From the NCBI RefSeq assembly GCF_001194135.2, contig NC_068989.1:86107050-86171049 (forward strand): 64,000 bases of DNA. Direction: 5' to 3'. This stretch comes from Octopus bimaculoides (taxonomy: Eukaryota). The notes below the pieces were generated by a model that was not told the DNA's origin, made no database searches, and was given only the letters and a program-made list of their open reading frames with translations. The position numbers were made by a program, and so were the translations under genes. Shown here one piece after another: positions 1-13,400 of this stretch; within the stretch, counting starts at the first letter, position 1; every line of letters begins with the position of its first letter.

Positions 1-127
1 TGCTCTTGTGACAATATTATTATTATTGAAGAACCTTTTCACTACCAAGGACCCCTTTTATTTAAATGAGTTTTCCCATGGATCCCTTTTTAATAAGCTT
101 ATCCTCATGTGTGTGTGTGTGTGTGTG

Positions 128-445
128 ATCATCATCATCATTGTTTAACATCCACCTTCCATGCTAGCATGGGTTGGACGATTTGACTGAGGACTGGCAA
201 ACCAGAAGGCTGTACCAGGCTCCAATCTGATCTGGCAGAGTTTCTACAGCTGGATGCCCTTCCTAAGGCCAACCACTCCAAGAGTGTAGTGGGTGCTTTT
301 ACGTGCCATTGGCACAAGGGCCAGTCAGGTGGTACTGGCAACGGCCACGCTCAAATGGTATTTTTTACGTGCCACCTGCACAGGAGCCAGTCCAGCGGCA
401 CTGGCAACGACCTCACTTGAATGTTTTTTCACGTGCCACTGTGTA
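128..445 (-). mobile_element. RTE 3'-end fragment (family D). Other copies at about 1130-1340(-), 29375-29530(-), 39300-39745(+), 44055-44430(+), 45865-46130(-), 47035-47370(+), 48490-48590(-), 48605-49095(+), 49100-49530(-), 58220-58450(-)
   Basis: Shared motifs ctggatgcccttcctaacgccaacc and gtgccaccggcac plus a (CAT)n/(GAT)n tail; the same sequence forms the 3'UTR of the RT-bearing copy at 31605-32330. Confidence 0.85.
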
Positions 446-2689
446 TTCATCATCAGCAATGCCTGGATATTACCGTCCTGAGTCAAACTCGTGGGGCCAG
501 TAATTTGGCTTTCATGGTACTTAAGGGTCAGAATGGGGCACCAGTCCATTGGAGGGCTACTCTTTACAGCCGAATGAACTGGAACAACATAAAAGGATGT
601 GTTTTACTCAATAACACAATGCATTGCTCAGTCAAGGAACTGAAACCATGATTACAGGAACGCCCTAACCACTAGGCCACACATCTTCATTTTGTGTATT
701 AGGGTTGATATCATCAGTAATACCCTTCTCTGTAATTTATGACCTAGTACCACAGGATAAAGATTAAGCAGGAATTATTGTATCTCAAGGGTTTGGAGGA
801 GTGGAGTGAGAAACAATCATTAAAACCCATTGACACCGTGGTTTTAAGGTTGAACATGATAGGTTGTCCTTTATGCTTTGTTGAATGAGCAAATCTACAG
901 TTGGCAGAAATACTGGACATTAATAAGTGGCAAATCGACTGGTCTATTAAGGCTGGCTTGAAATATGTCGTAGAACATTCTGCAAAAGCAACCAGTGGGG
1001 TGAGTGTTTGCTTTCCCAATGCAAAGGACACAAAATGCAACTGATGCAGCAGACGATGTAGGTAGAAGTGCAGAAGAAGTTTGTGTACGATATGGTACTG
1101 TGACTTGGAGACAGGTGACAGTTGTCATAATCATCATCATTTAACAACACAGTTTTCCAAACTGGCATGGGCTGGATGGTTTGACAGGAGCCGGCAAGGC
1201 CAGGAGTCGCACCAGGTTTCATTTCCTGTTTTGGCATGGTTTCTACAGCTGGATGCCCTTCTGAATGCAAACCACTTTTTAGAGTAATGGGTGGTTTTTA
1301 CGCAGCGCTGGCGCCTTTCACATGGCACCAGCACTGATAGGGTCACTAAGGATCTTATGACTATTTTAGGGTAAACACTCTTGTACTGAGGGAGCTGCAG
1401 TACTCTGTCTCTGAATGCAAGAATCAATGACTAATCAGTGGATGTCCTTTGGCTTCTTACACCACAAACACCAGAGCTGCTTGGAGCCACTTACCATTGT
1501 AGGCAACAAAACCCCTGAACAACAAGCATGAGCTTTTTGGAGTCAGATGCTGTGACACTGAGCTGGATATTTCTATCATCGTCAATGCTCATTGCTTCAA
1601 ATATAGGCTACATCTGTTCCAACAATCAGCAGGGACTTGGTCAGTGAATCCTCTGCGACAGTCAACTATTATCGGCAAGATGAGCTGCTACGGATCACAT
1701 TATCTCAAAGCGTGTAAGCATGTGACCAGGGACATATTGAACTTGTATTTCCACTGAAACTCCCAAACAGGACTTGATGGTTGGAGCTGGCACAACCCAC
1801 TTTGAGTGAATACCACCACAAGTACAAGTCAAGTACACTGCTCAGTCTTGCTACACCACTCTTTTGTTAAATAACCTACAATGACACAATGAAACGGACA
1901 CACTGTTAATTAACCTATTCTAATGCTACAGAACATACGCACAGCTGAGTTCTCAGGTTAGCGTGCGCGCGCGTGTGTAGAGCAATGGCTAATGTAATAA
2001 AATTTTTGGGTGGTGTCACTCACCATTGGAAAACTAGAAAAACTTCTTACAACATATTTCATTGATGGTTGGTGATGTAGAACCTCAGTGATACGTCTGA
2101 TTATGATCACACACACACACACACACAAACATAAGCAGTGATTGTGACTGTGCCAATATATACATACACACATATATTGTGTATCAAAGGGGGAAGTGTG
2201 GGGATAGGCTGTTGGTAATTCACACAATGTGTCTGTTATGCTAGAAATGGACTGGTGATTGAGGTGATGAACATAATGATGTACTGGTGGTGGTGGTGGT
2301 GGTGGTAGCCAGAGGGGGAAAGTGGTTATGCTGTTGCATTCATTTACTCTCAATCCCCCATACGTTGTCTAACATATCAACCAAAATGTCTTTATCCAAC
2401 GTCACAGACATCTCCTCCTCTTTCTTCTCCCAACTGAAGAAGGACAGATTGAAGTTTCTGCAATGACACAATGAATGCATTCATTAGGTATGTATGTGTG
2501 TAGAGTCATTGTCAGTCCATGTGTGCGTGTTTGTATTTGTGAGAGTGTGTATAAGTATAGATTGGGTTATATGAATCAATGTGTGTGTGTGTGTGTGTGT
2601 CAATAGATATGTGTAATAGTCCTGTTGAACTGTTGTCAGCATAGAGAAACCAGATGTTAATACAACAATGACTGAGCATCTAGTGACCA

Positions 2690-2910
2690 CTTGGTCTGCA
2701 AGAAACTACAGGCAAATCTCCCTCAAATAACACCCTAGTGTCAGATAAGAAAAAAGGACACATTAGATAATGTAGTCCCAGATACACTAATTAAGAAAAC
2801 CACAGGATGTTCATCAGAGTTGATATGTTGGGTGATAGCTCCACTGGATTAGTGAAGACTAGGAATTAATGACTACAGTTCAAACTGTTAGAAATAGCAG
2901 CCAAGTACCT
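2690..2910. repeat. Unclassified dispersed repeat; relatives at about 3305-3450, 10790-10990, 11590-11710, 15960-16160 and 37760-37910
   Basis: Recurrent motifs ggacacattagataatgtagtc, gaccatcccgtc and cagctatttctagc. Confidence 0.55.
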
Positions 2911-5127
2911 TATCTTTTCTTTCAGTCATTAGACTGTCGTCTAGCTGGAGTACCGCCTTCAAGAATTTTAGCCAAACAAATTGGCCCCATTTGGGGTTTT
3001 TTAGTTTAGTTTTTTTTTAAAGCTTGGTACTTATTTTATCATTCTGTTTTACCAAACTGCTAAGTTACAGGGAATGTAAACACATCAATACCAGTTATCA
3101 AGTGGTGGGACACACACACACACACACACATAATGGGTTTCTTTTAGTTTCTGTCTTCCAAATCCACTCACAAGACTGGTTGGCCTGAGGCTATAGAAGA
3201 CACTTGCCCAAGGTGCCAGGCAGTGGGACTGAACTCGGAACCATGTGGTTGGGAAGCAAACTTCTTACCACACAGCCATTTTAGCACCTATACTTTGAAA
3301 CCATAAGCTACTCTCTTAAAAAAAACAAAACAAAAGGACACATTGGATAATGTAGTCTTAGATACACTGTGACTGATTTAAAAGACAGGATGGTCACGGC
3401 CTAGTACCCTTGATCATAGGTTTGTTGAATAAGGGCTACTGACCAAAGCTGAAATAACAATAAAGGAGTTGAAAACAATGGTGTTCATGAATGTATACAT
3501 ACATATATNNNNNNNNNNNNNNNNNNNNNNNNNNNNNNNNNNNNNNNNNNNNNNNNNNNNNNNNNNNNNNNNNNNNNNNNNNNNNNNNNNNNNNNNNNNN
3601 NNNNNNNNNNNNNNNNNNNNNNNNNNNNNNNNNNNNNNNNNNNNNNNNNNNNNNNNNNGGTTTTTTAGTTTAGTTTTTTTTTAAAGCTTGGTACTTATTT
3701 TATCATTCTGTTTTACCAAACTGCTAAGTTACAGGGAATGTAAACACATCAATACCAGTTATCAAGTGGTGGGACACACACACACACACACACATAATGG
3801 GTTTCTTTTAGTTTCTGTCTTCCAAATCCACTCACAAGACTGGTTGGCCTGAGGCTATAGAAGACACTTGCCCAAGGTGCCACGCAGTGGGACTGAACCC
3901 GGAACCATGTGGTTGATAAGCAAGCTACTTACCACACAGCCACTCCTGTGCACTTAATGTCTACATGTATTTAGGAAACATGGAGCATAAGAAAGGTCCA
4001 CTGTGGAATGAGGTGGTGGTGGTGGTTGCTACGGTGGAAATGGTGACGGCAGCGATGACGATGATGATGGCAAGAACAATAATAGCAATGATGACAAATG
4101 ACAAAACCATACACAAAAAAACATATCTGCACAAACACCTGCACATCCATATATGTCTATATTACATAGATACACGCAAATTATAGACAGGTACACATGC
4201 ACTTACAAGCTCACGTACACACACACACATGTATAGATGCATGTACTCATACTCTCTCTCTCTCTCTCTCTCACACACACATGTAGTATAGCAGACAGGG
4301 AAATGCTAAAATAAAGTTTCCATCTGTTGTGAATCTCACAACTGACAGAACCACCACCACCACCGCCGCCGTGTGTGTGGCCGAACACAGCTACACACAC
4401 ACAATGTTCACTCAGTCATCCAACATCAACTGATGCTATTTTTATTGTAAACATCAATGTCACATCAATGCAATATAATACTGCATACACGCACTATATA
4501 TGTGTATATATATGTGTGTATATATGTCAGTTTGTGCGCATGTGTACATATGTGTGTATATGTAGGTGTCTAAACGAAACTGATAAGATGAAAGAAAACT
4601 CATTAAATATATAGAATATAATGAAGACTGTGTGTGTGTGAGAGCAAGGAGGTGAGTGTACAAGGGAGTGTGGGTGTGCGACTGAATGAGTGAGTGAGTG
4701 AGACTGTGTAAAGGGTTCATGAATGTGTGTGATGTGTGTGTGTGCATAAATCTGGTTGTAAGTGTGCGTGTGTACATGTTTAACTGAGATCAGCCAGAAA
4801 AATTTACAACTCATGGTTTGTCTAAGTAACTCTCGGACAAATTGGCAGAGTGAAATTTCATCCTTCAGTAAGTAAACAGAAATCTGAGTGCTGTAGGTGT
4901 GGCTGAACAGATCTACAATTGATGGCAATCCAACTGTGGCCATCCTGTCATTTTGCATATCTGGGACTGCAATGTCCATTCAAGATGGTAGGGTGTGAGT
5001 AGTGGAGAGATACAGCTATAAATTTTTTAACAGTGCACTAACTGACCAACTAGTAGAGGCTCATTGCATGCCAGTGAGGATTTGGTGATGGTAACAGGAC
5101 AAAGAGTTCCAACATATTAACCAAACA

Positions 5128-5528
5128 GGCGCAGGAGTGGCTGTGTGGTAAGTAACTTGCTTACCAACCACATAGTTCTGGGTTCAGTCCCACTGCATGG
5201 CACCTTGGGCAAGTGTTTTCTACTATAGCCTTGGGCCGACCAAAGCCTTGTGAGTGGATTTGGTAGATGGAAACTAAAAGAAGCCCGTCGTATATATATG
5301 TATATATATGTGTATGTGTGTTTGTGTGTCTGTATTTGTCACCCCAACATCGCTTGACAACAGATGCTGGTGTGTTTAGGTCCCCGTAACTTAGCGGTTC
5401 GGCAAAAGAGACCGATAGAATAAGTACTAGGCTTACAAAGAATAAGTCCTGGGGTCGATTTGCTCAACTAAAGGCGATGCTCCAGCATGGCCGCAGTCAA
5501 ATGACTGAAACAAGTAAAAGAGTAAAAA
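5128..5528 (+). mobile_element. tRNA-derived SINE family B, full length. Other copies at about 2925-3290(-), 3659-3950(-), 19150-19368(-), 22165-22350(+), 25225-26045(-, split), 29812-30413(-), 33168-33840(+), 42680-42845(+), 43625-43945, 45043-45810(+), 46780-47015(+), 52003-52382(+), 61190-61610(-), 61850-62050(+)
   Basis: Head with A/B-box-like ggctgtgtggtaag..gggttcagtcc, central gccttgtgagtggatttggtagacggaaactgaaagaagcc, an internal (TA/TG)n, and a (gtaaaaga)n tail. Confidence 0.9.
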
Positions 5529-6379
5529 TGCCGTTTTCAGGGTTTTTTGTTTCTTTTTTTAGCTGAGAAAGATTTAATTTGCTAAATTTAAGATATTTAT
5601 TTAGTGAGTTCATTTGTCCATTTTTGCCTTTGGTCATTTTTAATTTTTTATGTCCATTTTTCTATGCAGGTAAGGGTTAGATGAGTATATTGTTGAACCA
5701 ATGTTTCACAATCAGATGTCATTCCCGTTGCTAACCTTTACCTGCTTTTCAAGTAAGAGGAACTCTTATTCCACATGTTTTTAAAGGTGCAAACAAAGCC
5801 AGCAGATGAGCTGTTGACAGGTGACATGATAATGACGCCGTGTATAGCTCAGTGATTTTTGGAGAAGTGCAAATATAAACATACATATACACATATGCGA
5901 ATGGATTTGGTAGGCAAAAACTGAGAGAAGCCAGATGAATTATTTTTAGAATGACAATGTAGGACTGGTGTAAGAGGCCAGATCTAGCCACTTTAAATGC
6001 TGAAAGGTTAATCCCCCTCATAAGCAACCTAAGGCCTGCAGGATTATCTAAAGGACATGCCTAACAAAAAATTACCTTGAAATTTTTTTAGTAATGTAGC
6101 TCACCTGATGATGAGTCATATCTCATGCAGTCCACTTCTTGAAAGAGTTGTCCATGCCTGGTTTAAATCTGGTTAAACCCCTTAGAAGCCAAGTTTCACT
6201 GCCCCTCACCATTTATGTATTTTCATGGAGATATCATCACCTTCAAGATTTCACTTTAAAAAACTCCCTACCCTCGTTTACCTACAGAACAGAGGCAAAA
6301 CTTCACACTGTTACTTTGAACCTTGTCATAGTTAAATCCTCATCCATCACAGAAAACATACCATATTAGAATGTATGAT

Positions 6380-8800
6380 GTGGACATCACAAGCTGTATA
6401 GCATGAAGCCTTCCAAATAAAAACCGATACGAAAGATGCAGGTTGCTCTTTGCTACCCTCTCCTCACATGGGACAAATTCTCTGGCATTGCTGGTATCTT
6501 GAAGAACATAGGTAGCAGTCCATGATGTGATTGTAAAAGGAGGGACAATAAGAATATTGATGCAAAGATATTCTCTGAAATAAATATAATACTAGGTAAA
6601 CTAGAACATATGTTGGTCAGTCATGTAGTACAAAAGGGGATCACTCCCAACAACTGCCATTATGTTATTAACTGCTGCAAAGACAAAGAAAATGTTCTGA
6701 GAAGAAGCAACTATAGAGGCACCAAACTGATGGACCAATTAATAAAATCAACAGAAACAGTTATAGCACAACTAATTAGGAAAAACCGTTTAGATGAAAT
6801 ATAGTTTAGGTATGTACCAGGGTGGAGTAGCACTATTGTATTCTTTCTGAGATACTACAAAAACAGATTCTCAGAAAGGATTAAGCCATTATACTTAGTA
6901 TTCATAGACTTGGAAAGGTCCTTTAATTGAATACTATGCGCTGTAATCTGGTGCCGACTAATAAAACTAAGCGGAGATGAATGGCACATCAGAGCAGTAC
7001 AAACTATGTAGAGTGATGTTGGAAGTTAAGTAAGAGTTGGTAATGAATGAAGCAAGATTTAGCATGTAGATAGGTGCCCATCAAGGATTGGCTTTCAATA
7101 CCTTCCTGTTAACATAGTAGAGGAGTTTAATAGTGGCTATCCATGAGAACTTCTGTATGCCAATGACCTAGTTCTCATAGCTGAATAAAAAGACAAATTC
7201 CAAATGTGGAAGGGAAACCCAGAATCAAGGTAGCCTTAAACTTAGCAACGCCAAGGTTTAACAAGCAAAAAAAAGGACATAACACAGTTGCCATCTACAA
7301 AGTGGGCATATATCATCATCATCATCATCCAGTGTTTTAAATCCGGGTTTTGTCCCTGTTAATGGGGGTGGCTGGATTTACCTCAACGCCATAGCAACCG
7401 AGGTAGGCAGGTGTAGCCCACCCCGACCTTTGAGCTGGCTGGTACCCATTCTCCTTTGCTATCATGAGGCTTTTTTGGAGCTGGATTTTCTATGGGGAGC
7501 ATGCACTTGCTTACCCCCAATCTCAGTTTTTAGACATGAGTGGTCCCAAGACCAAGGCTTCTACCATGATTTTTAAGAAATGTGGTAGAAAACTAGCTCA
7601 GGAAGGCAGGGATGCTACTCCCTGAGAACCCTTTCAGAGCCCCACCTACCTATGATATGTAAAATAGGAGGAGATGGGAATGCTCTACAGTATCCAATGT
7701 AACTATGGATACGTAAGAGATGTAGAGAGACCACAGGGAGATTAGTAGAGAAGACATATATTGTAGATGCATAGGGGACGCTGGTAATAAAGTTACCCAT
7801 AAAACAAATTCTTTCATTTATTTGGAAGATTCCAAAGAAGTTAGTAGCTTCTGTCACCTAGATCGTTGTGGCATCCCGTTGGTTACGACGACGAAGGTTC
7901 CAGTTGATTCGATCAATGGAACAGCCTGCTCGTGAAATTAACGTGCAAGTGGCTGAGCACTCCACAGACACGTGTACCCTTAACGTAGTTCTCGGGGATA
8001 TTCAGCATGACACAGTGTGACAAGGCTGGCCCTTTGAATTACAGGCACAACAGAAACAGGAAGTAAGAGTGAGAGAAAGTTGTGGTGAAAGCGTACAGCA
8101 GGGTTTGCCACCACTCCCTGCCGAAACCTCGTGGAACTTTAGGTGTTTTCGCTCAATAAACACTCACAACGCCCGGTCTGGGAATCAAAACCGTGATCCT
8201 ATGACCGCGAGTCTGCTGCCCTAACCACTGGGCCATTGCGCCTCCATATCACCAAGGTAAACAAATCAACAATGAAGATTTCAAAAGCACAGTAACTAGA
8301 GTAAGAACAAGGTGGAAAAAGTTTAGGGTGCTTTTACATCTGCTGGCAACAAATTGATTTTCTCTCTTAGCAAAGGGCAGAATGCATGATGCTTGTGCAT
8401 GAAGTGTAATACTGCATGGTAGCAAAATATGGGCATTGAATGCAGATGTGCTAAGTCTGGAAAGAAATGAGGTAAGCATGCTCTATATAGGATGTGTTAA
8501 GTTAGGATGCATGAACAATGGAGCACAAATGAACTGAGAGAAGGATTGTGCATAAGAGGGATCAAATGTGTGCAAGGGAGGAGACAGAGGTAGTCTAGAG
8601 AAGTGATGTGGATGAAGGATAACTGCCAGGTAAATTTTGCCAAGTGATCCAAGTGGGAGGGTGAGGGAAGACAGGTGAAGAAATCATTAAAGGTGATCTC
8701 AGGAAGTTGAACCTCATTAAGCTGATGACCAAGTGGCAAAGCATTGTGTTGGAGAACACTTGTCCAAACTATGGGAAAATGAGTGGAAAAGGATAAATAT
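6380..8800 (+). mobile_element. Decayed RTE-clade LINE reverse transcriptase, split by two younger insertions (about 7310-7630 and 7862-8245)
   Basis: Fragments read NYRGTKLMDQLIK, KPLYLVFIDLERSFN, WELLYANDLVLIAE (YADD equivalent), SKEVSSFCHL and RVRTRWKKFR..LHGSKIWA..LERNE. They are collinear, with stops and frameshifts. Confidence 0.85.
7862..8245 (-). mobile_element. tRNA-derived SINE family A. Other copies at about 540-680(-), 17680-17968(-), 19470-19770(+), 28620-28800(-), 32438-32820(+), 38218-38365(+), 47955-48120(-), 54325-54620(+)
   Basis: tRNA-like head ggaggcgcaatggcccagtggttagggcag..gattcccagaccgg and a shared body tcaaagggccagccttgtcaca..gtggagtgctcagccacttgcacgttaatttcacgagcaggctgttcc. 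Confidence 0.88.
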
Positions 8801-10399
8801 GAAGACACACATAAACCTGAATTAAGACCAACACAGTTTTATGTGCCACTGAGTGTATGTATATATGACACACACACACACACACACACACTGTATAAGA
8901 TGTGAAGGAAAAAAAAAGAAAAAAGCAGTGCTATGATGATGTTGGTGATGAAAGAAATCAAAATAGACTGTATGTGTGTTAATGATATTACCGGTGATAA
9001 CTTCAGGGTTAGAGGTGGCGTGAACAAGGTGTGTATGGAATTTACGTCTATCCCTGGCAGTCTAAATATCAATAAGGTTTTATCTGTATTCTTTATCTGT
9101 TTATCAATCTTTGGTACACAAATATACAGTCACTCATACATACACAGATTCACACACACACACACACACGTACTTACGTTCACACATCGCTGTTACTATT
9201 CATCTTTTGTGTATGTGTAGTATTTCATGTGTAAATACCAAATAGATGAATAGATGGAGATAACATGCATAGATTGATTAAAAGGATGGTAGAAAGTACG
9301 GGCACACAGTACACACACACACACACACACACAAGGTGTGTATTATGTATCTGTGCGTATGTGTATATGCGTGCATGTATGTGCGGGCACACACATGGAC
9401 ACTGCAACCAAATAATGGAAGCCGGGAGTCAGATAGGAACGACAAGTAACTCGGCATAAAGGCATTTTACACAGCAATCAATCAACAAAGTGTGTTTGAC
9501 ACATAGAAACAATGGCACATACATATACACAACGAGACACATACACACACAATGAGACACGTATTTATATACACAATGGTATCAGCTATTTCATCAATTA
9601 CATAGATGACTTGCTTAACTAAAAGTACCAACCAAGGCAGATGGAATCACAGATCAACCAAACGGATAAGGAAGCGTGAGAGTGTATATAGATAAGGGGT
9701 GGGGCAGCGTTTTATCTATATATCTATCCCAACATCATCATCATGATTAACATCGTCGCTAGAACAGTATTTAAATTCGAAAAGAAACTAGTCAGGCGGC
9801 CACAAAGTCGGGGAGCAGTTCCACAAATGTTAACTGCCTTAAAACGATCCCTGAATTTGTGGCAACGTAATGCACAATAATTGAGAAAGGAGGGGGGAAG
9901 GTGGCAGCGGCGGCGGCGGCAATGGTAGCACTGACAGAAGATGAAGAAAGTAAGAAAGAAATAGAAGAAAGAAGAAGCAGAGGGGAGAAGGAGGGTGTAG
10001 GCGGAGGTGAAGGAGAGGGAAAGAAAGAATGCAATTTTGAGAAACGAGAGAGAGAGAGTAAAAAACAATAAGAAGATGAAATGGAGATTTGAGAGGATGG
10101 AGAGAGTTACAAGCGGCAAAGGTGTGAATCAGGACGATGAACACACACACACACAAAAGATACTAGTTTATACAAATATTTCTCTACATAATTATACACA
10201 TACATACACATATTTCCCTAACATACTCAGTACACAAACACACACACACACACACACTACAGAAACGTTACAATTCTACTCTTATATTACACAAACATAT
10301 GTACATCTTGTACTTATAAACACATACTAACATAAGAACTTCCTGAAACAGACACACCTTTAACAAATGCGAGCTTGTATGTGCGTGTGCGTGTGCGTG

Positions 10400-10445
<46 letters not shown>

Positions 10446-13400
10446 CGTATGAACATATCTACTTGCATATACGCGTGTGTATATGCATGTATATGTAGGC
10501 GACACGCACACATATATATTTACGCACGCACGCATGCGGTATGTCAACATCACAAACGGACAGAACAAAAACAGAAACAGTTGGATTCAACTAATTTATA
10601 TTGGAGAGGAGGAGGAACATGGAGGATAAAAATACTAATAAAAATTGTTTCCGATTTAAGCACAGGGACAGCAGTTCTGAAGGGAAGTGATTTAGTCGGC
10701 AACATCGACCTCCAGTAAACAATAATCCAGGGAACAGTGTCAGTTACAACAGCAACATCATCCTACATTTGTGTTGTTTATCTCCAAATCAGATCTATGA
10801 TAACAAGCATTCTAGCCGTGACCATCCCGTCTCTTTATGGATATGTAGATGATTTGCATTCCCTAATGAGTATTTGTTTTCACATTAAAAAAAAATGGAA
10901 AAAAGGCAGACGAACGTGTGTAGTTCGGAGGTAGATTTGTCAGCTATTTCTAGTAGACTGGGCGAAAGCACATAGAAGATGCTTCTCGTTAGTGCATCTC
11001 CGATATATAGTAGGAGAAAAGTGCGCTGAGATGTTGATGGCTTCAGAATGGTGGACAGAGAGAACAGTGTGACAAAGTAGAGGGACAAAATGATTTAGCT
11101 TTCTATATTCCCCCTCCTTACACACACACACGTGTGTGTACACACACACACACACACACATATATATATNNNNNNNNNNNNNNNNNNNNNNNNNNNNNNN
11201 NNNNNNNNNNNNNNNNTATATATATATACATATACACGCGTACGTACTCTAGTACCCGTAAACACACACACAACGATGCGAAGACGTCATAACATCGCAC
11301 AAACAGGGATGCTGCTTCGAAAACGAAAGTAGGACATGGGTGATAATGGTGACAGTTAATGATGACAATTTGTATGTCGCGTACAAAGTTCATATTTATT
11401 TAAAATGAAAGAAGAAAAAAAAGAAAGGGATTGTATGGCAGTCATGTTTTCTCAGATGATTTGGGAGCTAAACGTAGAGGGGAAAAAAAAAAAAAAAAAG
11501 GCGCAACGAAACAAATGACAGATTATTTCCGGTTGTTGTTGTCCAATCCCAGGTCTTCCCTGCATGAATAAATTTGAGTATAAGATATAAAAAGCATTCC
11601 GGACATGATCATCCCGTCTATTTGTATATTAAGGACCACATCGTTCAATGAGCGTATTTTCAGAGACTCAACAGCTATTTCTAGCAGGTCGAGCAAACAC
11701 ATAAAAGACCCTCACGTTGAGGCGTTGAGGCTAAAGGTTTACAGATGTGTGAGATGTTGAAAAGTTCAAGTAGGTTTGGTGATGCAAACAGGAAAATAGA
11801 AGTGAAAACATGAGTACATATATATATTTCATTTAACAATCGGCAAAATATACAGAGTGACTCAAGGACCGAGAGCTTCGTGCCTTGGCACTTATGAAAG
11901 GTTTAAGTAGCTATAGCCGAAAATTGAAACAGGTAAACCGAGTTCCACAGCAGCTGCGGGAAGTGAGCCTTAATTTTTGTTAAATACGAAGGGTTTAATG
12001 GCTTTAGACGCACGGCTTAGAGCTTACAGATTAGGGCTTATGACTGCGGGCCTACACCTTAGTTTTTATGACTAGTTTTAAGCATAGAGTTTATGACTAA
12101 GGCCCTATGACATAACTATGGGTTTAAAGCGAATGGATTTTGGCTTAACGTTTATATAATACGGCTTGGGGCTTTATCACTTAAAGTTCCCAGTTTACAA
12201 CATAAAACGTGGTTCGTGTTTAGGGCTCTGGGTGGGTAAAGGTTTTTCAGGTTGAAAAATAACGTTTATAAGAAATAAAATATTTGCATATGGTAGATAG
12301 GAGCTGAGTCAGCTCTTGAATAGTAAGTATCTATGCTGTACACCACTCCTAAATATTTCATGTGTATTCAAGACGTGTGGAGAGGAGATAATGAGATTGT
12401 GCGGCGTTCATGCATGATATGGTATTAGGAACGCAACCAACAAAGGAGGAACCTATGCGGAGTCGATCAACTGGTATAGAAATAGTAGCTAAAACTGCCT
12501 CAAATCAGTTACCGTGTTAAGGACAGAGATAAAGTAGTTGTAGATACTACCTAGAATGAGGCAATGATCACAGGTGGAATGCTTTTGTTTATAGGTCGGT
12601 TGGATTTGGGCTGACCTGGGGTTAAACAGAAAATAATCTATGTGAAATGAAGTGGCTACAAACACGGAAATTCGAAACCAGGTCAAGCACTTAAGAATGA
12701 TAGCAGTAGTAGTGGGTAACTTGTGAAGGATTGTGTGACATTCATGTGTCTCTTGAGAGAAATAACTCTGATCAGGCAGTAAAACGGTTTCTATCGATTA
12801 CACACAAGAAATAAATGAATGGTGACGAGGGATAAAAATGCAACCCCGCCAAGATTTGAACCCTGGGTGTCAAGGGACGTAACTAATTGCCGAATGATTG
12901 TCCAAAGCACCACCAGTTCTGTAACGGTCGCACTTAAAAAACAGTATAACAAACAAATAAGAATGGAAATTTGTTTTAGACAATCTAAAAACGATACCAC
13001 TATGTGAGGCGTGGCGCTTATCCATTACCGATTGAATAAACAAGTCTTCTGTAACCTCTTACTTCATAGGTGTTTTAATCAAACTCTGTATTTGCACATA
13101 TATATATACACACACACACAAATAACCATGCGTGTATGTATATAAATATACACATATATAAAAGACATACAGATATAGGAATGAATATTCATGTACATGT
13201 ATGCATGTATGTATATATATATATATATATATATATACATACACATAAGTATGTGCACATGTGAAAAAGCGGGGGTGGGAGAAAAATCAGACTTACCTCA
13301 TCAGATAGCTGTTGTAGAATCATGATCACAAGTTTCACCGACTAATCTGTATGTTGTGGTGGTGACTGATAATCTTTCACTGTTCCTAATCTATCCGGGT

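Noticed and set aside
138-651. Recurrent ORFs such as MPVPxDWP..[22 protein letters not shown] (also at 39532, 44201, 48884)
   Set aside because: Chance frames in the RTE 3'UTR repeat, not a gene family.
744-1130. Possible exon (LAEILDINKWQIDWSIKAGLKYVVEHSAKATSG|gtgagt) or 98-aa minus ORF
   Set aside because: No recognisable domain, a weak acceptor and no partner exons; it may be decayed TE sequence.
4527-4979. 150-aa minus-strand ORF
   Set aside because: Half of it is (CA/TG) microsatellite translation; the rest has no motif or usable splice sites I could identify.
5741-5830. Minus-strand exon MSPVNSSSAGFVCTFKNMWNKSSSYLKS with donor cag|gtaaag
   Set aside because: There is an in-frame stop just upstream, no phase-compatible partner exon and no homology I recognise.
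8990-9110. Cluster of GATA-like motifs (tgataa, ttatct)
   Set aside because: Such hexamers are expected by chance in DNA this AT-rich.
9724-10330. Overlapping ORFs in a purine-rich tract
   Set aside because: Low-complexity GA/GCG repeats keep frames open; no domain evidence.
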